A stretch of DNA of 64,000 nucleotides from a candidate division WWE3 bacterium RIFOXYC1_FULL_40_10 (GTDB lineage Bacteria > Patescibacteriota > WWE3 > UBA101185 > UBA10185). Positions 18,780-28,458 of this stretch are shown piece by piece. Location: the NCBI GenBank assembly GCA_001773215.1, contig MEWB01000001.1, positions 742,099 through 806,098 on the forward strand, read 5' to 3'. The position numbers were made by a program, and so were the translations under genes. Positions within the stretch are counted from its first letter, which is position 1, and every line of letters begins with the position of its first letter. Below the pieces are notes generated by a model. That model had not been told where the DNA came from and ran no database searches. It saw only the letters and a program-made list of their open reading frames with translations.

Positions 18780-19328
18780 ATGGACACTTTGAGAAAAGGT
18801 TCGACTTTTTTTTATTCGGTTGTATTCGTAGTCGGTCTGGTGGTATTCATGCTTGCGACTATAGTTAGAGAAAACAATCTCGAGGAAAGGATTTCCGTTC
18901 TGGAAGCGCAAGTGGATGACAATAACGCAAGCGCCAGAGCGTGGATTGCTCGTGTAGAGCTACAGTGTTCCATTCCCATCTTTCAACTTCAGAAAGAGGC
19001 CGCTGATCGAGGGGAAATGATTCTTGAGGAGATGGAATATATCTCTGTAGATACGGCTCCCTATCTGGAAATTGTGTACCTAGGGGACTCTTACAAGGTC
19101 GCCGGAAGTCAGGGTAGATTTGTAAAACTCTACAATGGTTTTTTTGTTCAGATTCAACCGGTAGGGTCGAAAAATTTGATTGTATTCGACCATGTTTTCT
19201 CTCCAGGAGACTACGTAACAGCTAATCAAATTGGGTTCGAAGTAGGGATCGTTATATCTCATTACCAGGGTAGCATTGAACATTGGCGACTGGATTTTGA
19301 AACAGGCAAGGTCACAAAAATCAAATAA
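18780..19328 (+). CDS. Orphan protein with N-terminal TM and short coiled coil
   Basis: AAAAGGAG RBS; hydrophobic N-terminal segment. Confidence 0.75.
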   Translation: MDTLRKGSTFFYSVVFVVGLVVFMLATIVRENNLEERISVLEAQVDDNNASARAWIARVELQCSIPIFQLQKEAADRGEMILEEMEYISVDTAPYLEIVYLGDSYKVAGSQGRFVKLYNGFFVQIQPVGSKNLIVFDHVFSPGDYVTANQIGFEVGIVISHYQGSIEHWRLDFETGKVTKIK

Positions 19329-19342
19329 TAAAGGAGATATCG

Positions 19343-19756
19343 ATGGTAATCGTGAGTGGTAACTATACTGGAAATAAGCTTGGTTACAGTGGGTTGTCGA
19401 AGCACGATCTACAAGTACTAAACACTGCAGTTGCTCAACGCGGCATTAGGATTTCGATAATTCCACTTCTAGATGTGGAACCCGGCACAGCACAGGTGTC
19501 AATCCTTGATATTCCTTGTCGAATTGACGAGGAAACCTTGGACAGGCTGTTGTGCGAAGCGATCGCCGCCACCTCGGAAACAGTTTTTGTTCACATTCCT
19601 AAGACATGTTGGAATATGTTGGGCAAGTTCCTCAAGGCAACAGAGTATTATCACCGAATTGAGCTCCTTGCAAGCAATCTAGGAACCATCGAGGGCTGGA
19701 ACGAATTTCTCGTTCAAGCGGAATTATGTCTTGCTGAACTACCTGCCGACGAGTAA
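19343..19756 (+). CDS. Hypothetical orphan protein
   Basis: AAAGGAG RBS; followed by the hairpin at 19763-19800. Confidence 0.7.
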   Translation: MVIVSGNYTGNKLGYSGLSKHDLQVLNTAVAQRGIRISIIPLLDVEPGTAQVSILDIPCRIDEETLDRLLCEAIAATSETVFVHIPKTCWNMLGKFLKATEYYHRIELLASNLGTIEGWNEFLVQAELCLAELPADE

Positions 19757-19820
19757 GTCTCCTGGGCCTGATTGAGTACTTTAGTACGAAATCGGGCCCA
19801 TTACTTGGTATCATATATTC

Positions 19821-20315
19821 ATGCACCAAATCCTAAAAATTGCACTTTTCACTGTACTGGCAACATTCACTATTATATTTACATATCCTTATGTTGCACC
19901 TTACATTTCTGAGCTTCTTGTAAACGTCACATCCCCGGCGGAATTTGAGTATGCAAATGTGAAAATAGGAGGACACATGGTAAAAGCCAAAATTGCCGAT
20001 ACAGTAAGCAAGAGGGATAAGGGACTCATGCAAGTGAAAACCCTCGGAAACCTACAGGGAATGCTTTTTATTTTCGAAAAACCCGGTTTCCATCGGATTT
20101 GGATGAAAGATATGCAAATACCTTTAGATATACTTTGGATTGATGACACCTTAAAAATAGTCCATTTAGAACAAGCGGTGACACCCTGTTCAGCCTCACA
20201 AAATCCTTGTCCTTCATATACGTCAGTTGATTCCGCGAAATATGTTTTAGAACTCAATTCCGGCTGGACTCAACGAAGCACTGTAAAAGTTGGCGATAGC
20301 GTGGAAATTAATTAA
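19821..20315 (+). CDS. DUF192-family exported protein
   Basis: ADT...GLM, GMLFIF, WMKDMQIPLDILWID, YVLELNSG. Confidence 0.9.
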   Translation: MHQILKIALFTVLATFTIIFTYPYVAPYISELLVNVTSPAEFEYANVKIGGHMVKAKIADTVSKRDKGLMQVKTLGNLQGMLFIFEKPGFHRIWMKDMQIPLDILWIDDTLKIVHLEQAVTPCSASQNPCPSYTSVDSAKYVLELNSGWTQRSTVKVGDSVEIN

Positions 20316-21318
20316 CAGGATCTAAAAGATGATGTTCAATAGTTACTCCCTCCACAGAGTATGCGTAGTCAAGCATTAAAATCATATCCCCTTTTCTATC
20401 GTTACTTCCCAAAACCACTCCTACTACCTCCACTCCATTGTTCTTTGCATAAGTTACCAAGCACAATCCAGCTTCCTCAGTATATCCGGTCTTAACCCCA
20501 GCTACTCCTGGATAGCTGGATAACAAGTTCGTTTGATTATACAAAGAAAGATATTTGTGCTTGCTTGTGGCCGGAAGCTCCTTTTCCAAGGTGGCAGCCA
20601 CTTGCTTAAATTTTGGATTCTTAAGGGCATATCGAGTTAAATAAACCAAGTCTCTGGGAGAAGTATAGGAGGCATCATTTAACCCACTAGGATCAGTGAA
20701 ATAACTGTTTTTTAAACCCAACTCCTTGCCCTTTATATTCATCCACTCAACAAAGGTTTTTACATCCCCAGCAACTCCTTCAGCTATGGCATAGGCCGCA
20801 TCATTTCCCGAGTGCAAAACAAGACCATACAAAAGTTCCTCTAAAGTATAAACTTCTCCTTCTGAGATACCCATGGAATTTTCGCCGACTGTAGCGGCGT
20901 ATTCGGAAACAATGATCTCTTGATCCGGCTGCATGTGCTCTAAAGCCACAACGGCAGTGACTATTTTAATTAAACTTGCCAAAGGCCTGCGAGAATCCAA
21001 ATCCTTTTGAAATAAAATACTGCCATCATTGAGTTCCACTATCATCCCCGCCGCTCCATTTATATCAGGTTGCGTCGAAATACCCTTAACTTCCCCGACA
21101 TTCCAACCATCATCAGTAAAATAATCTCCTAATTTTGACGCCGCATATAGGTCAACTGCATCCGGCTGCCTAAACGATTTGACCTTTATTCCTCTCTCGG
21201 CCGGTTTTGTTAAAAATAGTAGATAAAGGGCAAGGCCTACGGAGAATATTACAAAAGAATAGGTGATCAGTGTACTCAAAAGTATTCGTGGCGAGGGGCT
21301 AGTTGGTCCAATTGTCAT
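20308..21318 (-). CDS. D-alanyl-D-alanine carboxypeptidase (peptidase S11)
   Basis: ASLIK (SxxK), SGN (SxN), KTG; N-terminal TM. Confidence 0.93.
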   Translation of the reverse strand: MTIGPTSPSPRILLSTLITYSFVIFSVGLALYLLFLTKPAERGIKVKSFRQPDAVDLYAASKLGDYFTDDGWNVGEVKGISTQPDINGAAGMIVELNDGSILFQKDLDSRRPLASLIKIVTAVVALEHMQPDQEIIVSEYAATVGENSMGISEGEVYTLEELLYGLVLHSGNDAAYAIAEGVAGDVKTFVEWMNIKGKELGLKNSYFTDPSGLNDASYTSPRDLVYLTRYALKNPKFKQVAATLEKELPATSKHKYLSLYNQTNLLSSYPGVAGVKTGYTEEAGLCLVTYAKNNGVEVVGVVLGSNDRKGDMILMLDYAYSVEGVTIEHHLLDPVN

Positions 21319-21392
21319 ATGCAAATGATATGTTATCATAGATAGTGCTTTACCAGGCAACAATTTTTTTAATTTATTTGGAGATTTAAAAG

Positions 21393-21656
21393 ATGTTAAC
21401 ACTTATTGATTTTTATGCTGATTGGTGTGGACCTTGCAAGATGATGTCACCGGTTTTAGAGAAACTCGAGAAAACTTATTCGGCTAAAGTAGAATTTAAA
21501 AAAGTAGACGTGGAGGCTGATGGGGCTATGTCGGCGAAATTCGGCATTCAAAGTATTCCCACTTTTGTGTTAGTAAAAGATGATAAAGAAATCGATCGGA
21601 GAATGGGCGCCGCACCCGAAGAAGTGATGAAACAGTGGATTAACAGCCACCTATAG
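21393..21656 (+). CDS. trxA: Thioredoxin
   Basis: DFYADWCGPCK, SIPT. Confidence 0.95.
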   Translation: MLTLIDFYADWCGPCKMMSPVLEKLEKTYSAKVEFKKVDVEADGAMSAKFGIQSIPTFVLVKDDKEIDRRMGAAPEEVMKQWINSHL

Positions 21657-21707
21657 GCAAAATTTGATATAATACCCCCAAATACAAACGTAGCGAAGGA
21701 GTTGAGC

Positions 21708-22100
21708 ATGTATAAGATATTGATCGATGTCACAGGCAGACAACTACTTCTGCAAATGGCGACTATATCGAATGGGGTTGCTTTAGTCATGTCCGGAGAA
21801 GCGGTTGAGTCATCACAATTGATTTTCAAGGAGCTCCGTATCACCCAAGACTACAAGAAGGCAGTTACGGACTTGTTTGAGCAAATTTTGAGACTTGCGA
21901 GGGGTGAACTAACTATTGCAGAAAGCGGCATCGGTGACACTTTGATTACTGTACGCAAGACAGAAGAATTTACCGGGGTGACTAACAAAAAGATTTTTCA
22001 AATGTGCCTTGATAAGAACCCAAACTTTTGTTTTAACCTAACAATGGAGAATCTTTTACCCTTGTTCTGCAATCTTAACAGCTATATCTTAGGAGATTAA
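21708..22100 (+). CDS. Hypothetical orphan protein
   Basis: TATAAT and AAGGAG upstream; first of three co-directional ORFs. Confidence 0.7.
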   Translation: MYKILIDVTGRQLLLQMATISNGVALVMSGEAVESSQLIFKELRITQDYKKAVTDLFEQILRLARGELTIAESGIGDTLITVRKTEEFTGVTNKKIFQMCLDKNPNFCFNLTMENLLPLFCNLNSYILGD

Positions 22101-22102
22101 AA

Positions 22103-22447
22103 ATGCTTGTTACTACTGATAGTAATTACTTCTTTTGGGGAGAAAAACGCCACAAGGGTTACTTAATAAAGCTAGGTGTGATGGAAGACTATTACACCGC
22201 CTTGATTACAAACGAAGAAGATGTAGAACTGTTCGTTGATGAAGTGAGTACGAAGAGCGAACTCGACAATCCGGTGTGGGAAGCCAAATTAGGTGAAACC
22301 CTCACGGTGACGAAAGTTCCCAATATCTTAAATAAAGGACCAATCTACATTGTAAAGGGAAACACTACACACCAAATAGGGATCGACCAAGCAGTGTTTG
22401 ACGAGTTCATCAAAGAGCTTATCGAATACTTTGGTACCACAACCTAA
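22103..22447 (+). CDS. Hypothetical orphan protein
   Basis: AGGAG RBS, 2-bp gap after the previous ORF. Confidence 0.7.
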   Translation: MLVTTDSNYFFWGEKRHKGYLIKLGVMEDYYTALITNEEDVELFVDEVSTKSELDNPVWEAKLGETLTVTKVPNILNKGPIYIVKGNTTHQIGIDQAVFDEFIKELIEYFGTTT

Positions 22448-22462
22448 CAAGCTGGAGGAAAA

Positions 22463-22804
22463 ATGAGTGGGATTATTGAGGACCGAGGTCTTTCTACGGC
22501 GGCACTTGAGTGGCGTGCGACACGCAAGGGATTTGTGATTCAGATAGTTGGGATAGACCATCAGGCCGAGTTTGTTATTAAACCGGATGACGTTGACACA
22601 GCGACACGCTTGGTAAGGGATATGATGGAGGGAAATGTTCTTGATGTAAAAGGCCGGCTGATTATCGCACCGGCGTTGGGAGAACTTCCGGAAGGGATCT
22701 TCCTTTTCATAATAATGATAAATGATACGTTTTTTGTTGTATCTGCAGATACACTGTTGATGGTGGCTAGAGACCTTGCCAAATACTTCGAACTCGATAC
22801 TTAG
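22463..22804 (+). CDS. Hypothetical orphan protein
   Basis: GGAGG RBS. Confidence 0.7.
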   Translation: MSGIIEDRGLSTAALEWRATRKGFVIQIVGIDHQAEFVIKPDDVDTATRLVRDMMEGNVLDVKGRLIIAPALGELPEGIFLFIIMINDTFFVVSADTLLMVARDLAKYFELDT

Positions 22805-22811
22805 GATTTTT

Positions 22812-22853
22812 GGCCGATGAGTAGATCACCCATACTCACCGGCCTTTTTGTTT
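22812..22853 (+). terminator. Intrinsic terminator
   Basis: GGCCGATGAGTA/TACTCACCGGCC stem followed by TTTTTGTTT. Confidence 0.75.
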
Positions 22854-22879
22854 AGAGAATTCTTTGTTATCATTTACTC

Positions 22880-23959
22880 ATGCCCGTTCGAATAGCAATT
22901 AACGGTTTTGGCCGTATCGGTAGATCCTCTTTCAAAATAGCCTTTGATAACCCCAAGGCTGAAATAGTTGCGATAAATGATCTCACAAATCCCCGCGTAC
23001 TGGCTCACTTACTAAAGTACGATACTGCCTATGGAATTTTTGACAAAGAAATTTATATGGAGGAAGACGGAAAAATAGTTCAGCTAAGCGATTACCACGG
23101 TGAAACCGATTTTTACACAACAACAGCTAAAGAAACCTATTTAGTAGTGGGCGGGAAAAAAACACTGGTAACTTCAATTCCAGATCCCACTCAACTCCCA
23201 TGGAAAGATCTAAATGTGGATATCGTTTTGGAGTGTACAGGCCGATATGTGGAAGGTGACGCCGCATTGGATCACCTTAAGGCAGGCGCAAAAAAAGTAG
23301 TGGTATCAGCACCAACAAAAGGAGGGACAATTCCAACATTTGTATTGGGAGCTAATCAAGATCAATATTTAGGCCAAAACGCATTTTCTAACGCTTCGTG
23401 CACCACAAATTGCACATCTCCGGTGGTATCTATAATTCATTCTAAATTTAAGGTCTTAAAGGCCATGTTAACCACAGTTCACGCCTTAACATCCGGGCAA
23501 AATTTAGTTGACGGACCTCCCAATCCACGAAAACCCGATTTACGCGAGGGCCGAGCGGCCGGATTTAACATGGTCCCCACTTCCACCGGTGCAGCCAAAG
23601 CTACTGTAGAAACAATCCCGGATCTTAAGGGAAAATTCGACGGAGTCTCCATTAGAGTACCTATTATTACCGGATCTATTACTGATATCGTTATGCTGGT
23701 AGAAAAAAAGACTACTGTAGAGGAAATAAATCAGACCTTCATCGAAGCTAAAGAAAACCCTATATACAAAGGGGTTTTGGATGCAACCTGGGAACCAATA
23801 GTTTCTTCGGACATAATAAAAAGCCACTACTCTGCAATTGTTGATCTGGCCTTTACCAGGGTTGTCGATGGAGACCTAGTAAAAGTTATGGCCTGGTACG
23901 ACAATGAATGGGGATACTCCAACCGCTTGGTTGAAATCGCAATCTTAGCCTGCGAATAG
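22880..23959 (+). CDS. gap: Type I glyceraldehyde-3-phosphate dehydrogenase
   Basis: INGFGRIGR, SNASCTTNC, WYDNEWGYS. Confidence 0.97.
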   Translation: MPVRIAINGFGRIGRSSFKIAFDNPKAEIVAINDLTNPRVLAHLLKYDTAYGIFDKEIYMEEDGKIVQLSDYHGETDFYTTTAKETYLVVGGKKTLVTSIPDPTQLPWKDLNVDIVLECTGRYVEGDAALDHLKAGAKKVVVSAPTKGGTIPTFVLGANQDQYLGQNAFSNASCTTNCTSPVVSIIHSKFKVLKAMLTTVHALTSGQNLVDGPPNPRKPDLREGRAAGFNMVPTSTGAAKATVETIPDLKGKFDGVSIRVPIITGSITDIVMLVEKKTTVEEINQTFIEAKENPIYKGVLDATWEPIVSSDIIKSHYSAIVDLAFTRVVDGDLVKVMAWYDNEWGYSNRLVEIAILACE

Positions 23960-23976
23960 TGATAAAATAGTCCCAC

Positions 23977-24933
23977 ATGAGAAAACTTATAGAAGCTAAC
24001 ATAGAACCAAACACAAAAGTTTTTGTGGCGGCCGATTTGGATGTGGTTATTAAAAACGGAAAGATCCTAGAAAGCTATCGCCTTGAAAGCCTGCTACCAA
24101 CTTTAAACTTTATCATAAAAGCTGGGGCCACCCCGGTGATAGGCGGACATATGGGACAACCACATGGAGAGTATGATGAGGAACTATCAACGAAACACTT
24201 GCTACCTTTTTTTGATGAAAATCTAGGTAAGCACAGTTTTGAATTACTGGAAAATTTGCGCTTTGATAAACATGAGGAAGAAAATAATTTAGAGTACGCG
24301 AAAGAAATTGCACACGAATGCCTAATTTATGTGAACGAAAACTTCTCGACATCTCACAGAAAAAATGCTTCGATAACTCAAATCCCTACTTTTTTGCCTT
24401 CTTATGCAGGGTTGCATCTTCAGCAGGAAATTGAAACCTTAGAAGGATTGGCAAAGAATCCAAATAGACCTTTAGTTGCAATAGTAGGTGGAAAAAAGCT
24501 GGAAAGTAAAATCCCCGCGATAAACAAATTAATCAACATTTCCGACTTCGTACTCGTAGGAGGGAAACTCGGGTTGGACTGGACCGGAGAAATTCCCCAA
24601 AATTTAGTGCTTGCCCAAGACTATGTTGACGTTAGCAAAGATATTGGTGAAGAAACAATTACCCTATTTAAAGACAAGATAAAGTCAGCTAAAACAATAG
24701 TATGGGCGGGACCTATGGGACAGTTTGAGGACTCAAGATACACAAGAGGAAATTCGGCAGTTGCTGAAGCCATAATAGACTCCGGTGCATTCTCCATTGT
24801 GGGCGGCGGAGACACTATAGCAGCATTAGATTCCTTGAAGCTACTGGATAAAATGGGCTTTGTCTCAACAGGAGGTGGTGCCATGCTGGAATTAATAGCT
24901 ACGGGTACTATTTCGGGGATTGAGGTGTTATGA
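23977..24933 (+). CDS. pgk: Phosphoglycerate kinase (shortened)
   Basis: LLENLRF, AIVGGKK, IVGGGDT, VSTGGGAMLE. Confidence 0.92.
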   Translation: MRKLIEANIEPNTKVFVAADLDVVIKNGKILESYRLESLLPTLNFIIKAGATPVIGGHMGQPHGEYDEELSTKHLLPFFDENLGKHSFELLENLRFDKHEEENNLEYAKEIAHECLIYVNENFSTSHRKNASITQIPTFLPSYAGLHLQQEIETLEGLAKNPNRPLVAIVGGKKLESKIPAINKLINISDFVLVGGKLGLDWTGEIPQNLVLAQDYVDVSKDIGEETITLFKDKIKSAKTIVWAGPMGQFEDSRYTRGNSAVAEAIIDSGAFSIVGGGDTIAALDSLKLLDKMGFVSTGGGAMLELIATGTISGIEVL

Positions 24934-25202
24934 AAAAACAAAATACCCTGACCATATCAAAAAGTAACAAGTGTATCGGCTGTGAGATGTGTGTGTTCGA
25001 AACACAGAGGCAGCTTAAAAGAATTGGCTTAGAAGGATCCTTAATTAGGATATTTAGAGATAATGATATAGGGAAAGATTCATCATATAAGGTATTGATC
25101 GATCCTACTATCGTGGCTTGTGACTTAGAAAAAATTGCTGCAATTTGCCCAAACCAAGTTTTAGTTATTTCCAGTGAGGACACCGATGAATTTGTCATCT
25201 AA
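24930..25202 (+). CDS. 4Fe-4S ferredoxin-like protein
   Basis: KCIGCEMC plus distal ICPNQVL. Confidence 0.75.
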   Translation: MKKQNTLTISKSNKCIGCEMCVFETQRQLKRIGLEGSLIRIFRDNDIGKDSSYKVLIDPTIVACDLEKIAAICPNQVLVISSEDTDEFVI

Positions 25203-26025
25203 AAAAGTTTTAGTAATCAACCTGGAAACCGAAGAGACCGAGGTTAAAACGTACAAAGAGTTGCACAAATTCGTGGGAGGCATAGGACTTGGGCTTAAGT
25301 TATATGAATTGTATTACAAACAAGACCCTTTAATATTCTCCATAGGACCGCTAAACGGATTTTACCCATTCGCTTCCAAAACCTCGGTTTTGCTTAATAA
25401 CGAAGGCGTGATCGAGGATCTATATATCGGAGGCAACTTATCAACCAGAATAAGATTCTGCGGACTTGATTCGATAGTAATAATAGGAACAGCCAAAAAT
25501 AATCTAGTGGTGGATATACTCAATACAAACGTAAAGTTTGAAAAGGGCGTTCCTATAGAAAATCTCGGATTACCAGGTAAAAGAAGCGTTCTTAGGGTTT
25601 TTGAAAACAAAGCCTTGCTCGAGGACTATTTTCAAACCCCGCATGACTTTTTATATAAAACTCTAAAAAACAAACGAGTAGATGGGGTTGTGGTAACAGG
25701 TTCGGAAGTTTTTTCAGTAGATAAATTCTCAGATTACACTGTTCTATACAATAAAATATTGTCCCAGAGAGATGAGATAAGCATTAAGGCCGATACATAT
25801 CCATCGTGCAGTAACTGCCCTCGGGGTTGTCAAAGATCCATAAAAGGGGAAATTGGAGGTAATGTACTTACTCACTGCCTAGTGACGTGCCAGTTTGCAG
25901 ACTCAATTTTCAATAATATAGGAATAGTCTTTTCATGCCTCAACACACTGGGGTATGATTATAATCACGAGGATTTGGAAAATGCCCCATCGCTCGTTGA
26001 AGAATTACTTAAAAAGCTGTCCTAA
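25186..26025 (+). CDS. Truncated aldehyde:ferredoxin oxidoreductase (AOR/GAPOR/GOR-family) homologue
   Basis: AOR N-terminal signatures (VLVINL, FVGGIGLG, PLIFSIGPLNG, SKT, GGNL...RFCGLDSIVIIG); CSNCPRGC. Confidence 0.75.
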   Translation: MNLSSKKVLVINLETEETEVKTYKELHKFVGGIGLGLKLYELYYKQDPLIFSIGPLNGFYPFASKTSVLLNNEGVIEDLYIGGNLSTRIRFCGLDSIVIIGTAKNNLVVDILNTNVKFEKGVPIENLGLPGKRSVLRVFENKALLEDYFQTPHDFLYKTLKNKRVDGVVVTGSEVFSVDKFSDYTVLYNKILSQRDEISIKADTYPSCSNCPRGCQRSIKGEIGGNVLTHCLVTCQFADSIFNNIGIVFSCLNTLGYDYNHEDLENAPSLVEELLKKLS

Positions 26026-26026
26026 C

Positions 26027-26677
26027 ATGAAACTGATCACTGCCAACTGGAAAATGAATATGTCCACCGAGGAAGCTCTTGAATGGGCTACACGGTTTCG
26101 TGAAATTATACCCAAGCCTTTGGTGAACTCTAAAGTGATAGTTGCGCCCTCGTTAGTTCATTTGCCTTTAATATTCGAAGTTCTATATAAAACAGGCGTT
26201 GAGTTGGCGGCGCAGGATATCTCGTTATTCGAGAAAGGCGCTCACACGGGAGAAGTTGGCGGCTTTCAACTTAGAGACTTCTGTAAATATTGCATCATTG
26301 GACACAGCGAGAGGAATGAGACAACGGAAACCGTTTTACTGAAAAGGGATGCTTGTCTTTCCTCCGGCTTGACACCAATAATATGCTTCAGCGACAACTC
26401 CTTAGTCAGGATTTTATCCAAGAAAGGTGTTATACTTGCTCGGGAAAATCCTCAAAACATCTCTGTGAACGGTGTATATAGAGAAGATAACATTGAGGCT
26501 ATAGAAAGAATATTCTCTGAACTCCCCAAAGAGACCCAAGTAATATACGGCGGATCCGTAAATAGGCAAAACGCACCGAAATTGGCGCATATTTCGGGAT
26601 TAGAAGGCGTCCTGGTAGGCAATGCCAGTTTGGATCCTCAACATTTTGTAGAGATAATTGAAATATTTGATAAATGA
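26027..26677 (+). CDS. tpiA: Triosephosphate isomerase
   Basis: ANWKMN, GAHTGEV, IIGHSER, IYGGSV, GVLVGNASL. Confidence 0.95.
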   Translation: MKLITANWKMNMSTEEALEWATRFREIIPKPLVNSKVIVAPSLVHLPLIFEVLYKTGVELAAQDISLFEKGAHTGEVGGFQLRDFCKYCIIGHSERNETTETVLLKRDACLSSGLTPIICFSDNSLVRILSKKGVILARENPQNISVNGVYREDNIEAIERIFSELPKETQVIYGGSVNRQNAPKLAHISGLEGVLVGNASLDPQHFVEIIEIFDK

Positions 26678-27741
26678 AATACTGCGATTTGCATAAACAA
26701 CTTAATACAACTGAAAAACCACAGGGAAGCGGTACTAAACTGTATATTTCATTAGCAATCATTACAGCAGTTCTTTTGGCTTTTGGAGGTTTTATACTAA
26801 AGGGAAATATTAGACCCATATCAATTATTGCGAACGCGACAATGGTGAATCTTAAAGAAACCGATGGCAGAACCAATATACTAATTGTAGGTTCGGATAG
26901 GCGCGATTACGGAACTTTGGCTGAAAACCCGGTGTTAACAGATACTATACTAGTTGCCTCAATTGGAAAGTTCGACAAAGACGTGGTGCTGATATCTATT
27001 CCCAGGGACTTGTGGGTAGAACTTCCGGGCGGAGGGCAAGAAAAAGTTAATTCGGTATATGCGATTGAAACAGCTCGCGGAAATGACGGAATGGCTAATT
27101 TAGACAAAGTTATTGAGGATATCCTTGGAATGCCTATTCACTATCATACAATGGTTACTTTTGGGCTTTTTCAGGAAATTATAGACATTTTGGGAGGAGT
27201 CGAAGTGGAGGTGGCAAATTCATTCACCGACTACTATTACCCTGTAGAAGGCAAAGAAAATGCACCAATGAACGAACGCTACGAAACAATAAGCTTTAAA
27301 CAAGGCACTGCTACTATGGACGGGGAAACCGCACTTAAATTTGTTCGATCCAGAAAGGGCGATAACGATGAGGGAACTGACTTTGCGCGAGCTAAAAGGC
27401 AACAGGCGGTGATAGCCTCAATTAAGAAGAAAGCGTTAAATTTGGGTACACTTTTAAATCCAATAAAACTTAAAGGACTTTACGATGCCTATTCCTCGAA
27501 TGTTGAAACAAACATGGATTTTGGAACGATAGAAAATTTTTACTTACTTTCCCAACAAATAAATTTCGAAAAGATAGTCTCTATTGTTTTAGATGATAGA
27601 AGCTCAGCTATTGAAGGCGGGTTGTTGTATGCACCTGCAGATACCACTCTTTATGGCGGGAAGTATGTGCTAATACCTCAAACCGGAGATTACTCTCAAA
27701 TACACGCCTACATACAAAAATACCTATTTGGCGGAAAGTAG
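26674..27741 (+). CDS. LytR-CpsA-Psr (LCP) family glycopolymer transferase
   Basis: NILIVGSD, TDTI, SIPRDLWV, ALKFVRSR, DFARAKRQQ. Confidence 0.93.
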   Translation: MKYCDLHKQLNTTEKPQGSGTKLYISLAIITAVLLAFGGFILKGNIRPISIIANATMVNLKETDGRTNILIVGSDRRDYGTLAENPVLTDTILVASIGKFDKDVVLISIPRDLWVELPGGGQEKVNSVYAIETARGNDGMANLDKVIEDILGMPIHYHTMVTFGLFQEIIDILGGVEVEVANSFTDYYYPVEGKENAPMNERYETISFKQGTATMDGETALKFVRSRKGDNDEGTDFARAKRQQAVIASIKKKALNLGTLLNPIKLKGLYDAYSSNVETNMDFGTIENFYLLSQQINFEKIVSIVLDDRSSAIEGGLLYAPADTTLYGGKYVLIPQTGDYSQIHAYIQKYLFGGK

Positions 27742-27749
27742 CTTACTAA

Positions 27750-28448
27750 ATGATAATTATCGTTCACGGTGATGATTCAGCAAAATCCAGAGCACAGGCT
27801 ATTAATCATTTTAAAAAGCAAGCCTTGGGTACTAAGTTTGAACTTAAGCTCGAAGACTCTACCCCGGACATTCTTTATGAGTTAACTCACAAGAAAGACC
27901 TTTTCGGGGGATATACATCGGTGATTTTGGATATTACCGGAAGTAAAAGCCCAGACTTTGAGGGTTATCAAAAAATACTTGAATCAGTTCCTACTGAAAA
28001 TACTCTAATTATCTTTTCTTCAAAGGATCTTCCAAAAAACCACTTTGTAATAAAAATGGCGCAAAAAGAAAAAATAAAGGTGTTTGAGAATAACCCTATC
28101 CCAAGCGGGAATATTTTTAAATTTATAGACTCTTTATTCAACAAAGATCGTGTAGGTACATATAAAGAACTTACCTCCCTTGCAAAGGATGATGTAGATA
28201 ACTTTTATATTTTTTCTATGATTTTATACGGGCTCAGAAATCTAATACATGCCGATATCAAATCTGTTAAATTTCAGCAGATGCAGAGTTTTCAGCAAAC
28301 AAAGCTTAGTCAGCAAACCAAGAAGTTCGGCGAAAGCAAACTTAAGAACCTTTTGGAAGAGCTATACCTACTTGATAAAAGGGTTAAAACAGGCGAAATT
28401 GACGCTGACCTAATGATAACCATAGCTATAGAAAAAGTGCTCTGTTAA
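27750..28448 (+). CDS. holA: DNA polymerase III delta subunit (reduced)
   Basis: IIVHGDD start, DLFG, NIFKFID, LYLLDKRVKTG. Confidence 0.7.
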   Translation: MIIIVHGDDSAKSRAQAINHFKKQALGTKFELKLEDSTPDILYELTHKKDLFGGYTSVILDITGSKSPDFEGYQKILESVPTENTLIIFSSKDLPKNHFVIKMAQKEKIKVFENNPIPSGNIFKFIDSLFNKDRVGTYKELTSLAKDDVDNFYIFSMILYGLRNLIHADIKSVKFQQMQSFQQTKLSQQTKKFGESKLKNLLEELYLLDKRVKTGEIDADLMITIAIEKVLC

Positions 28449-28458
28449 AATAAAGCAG

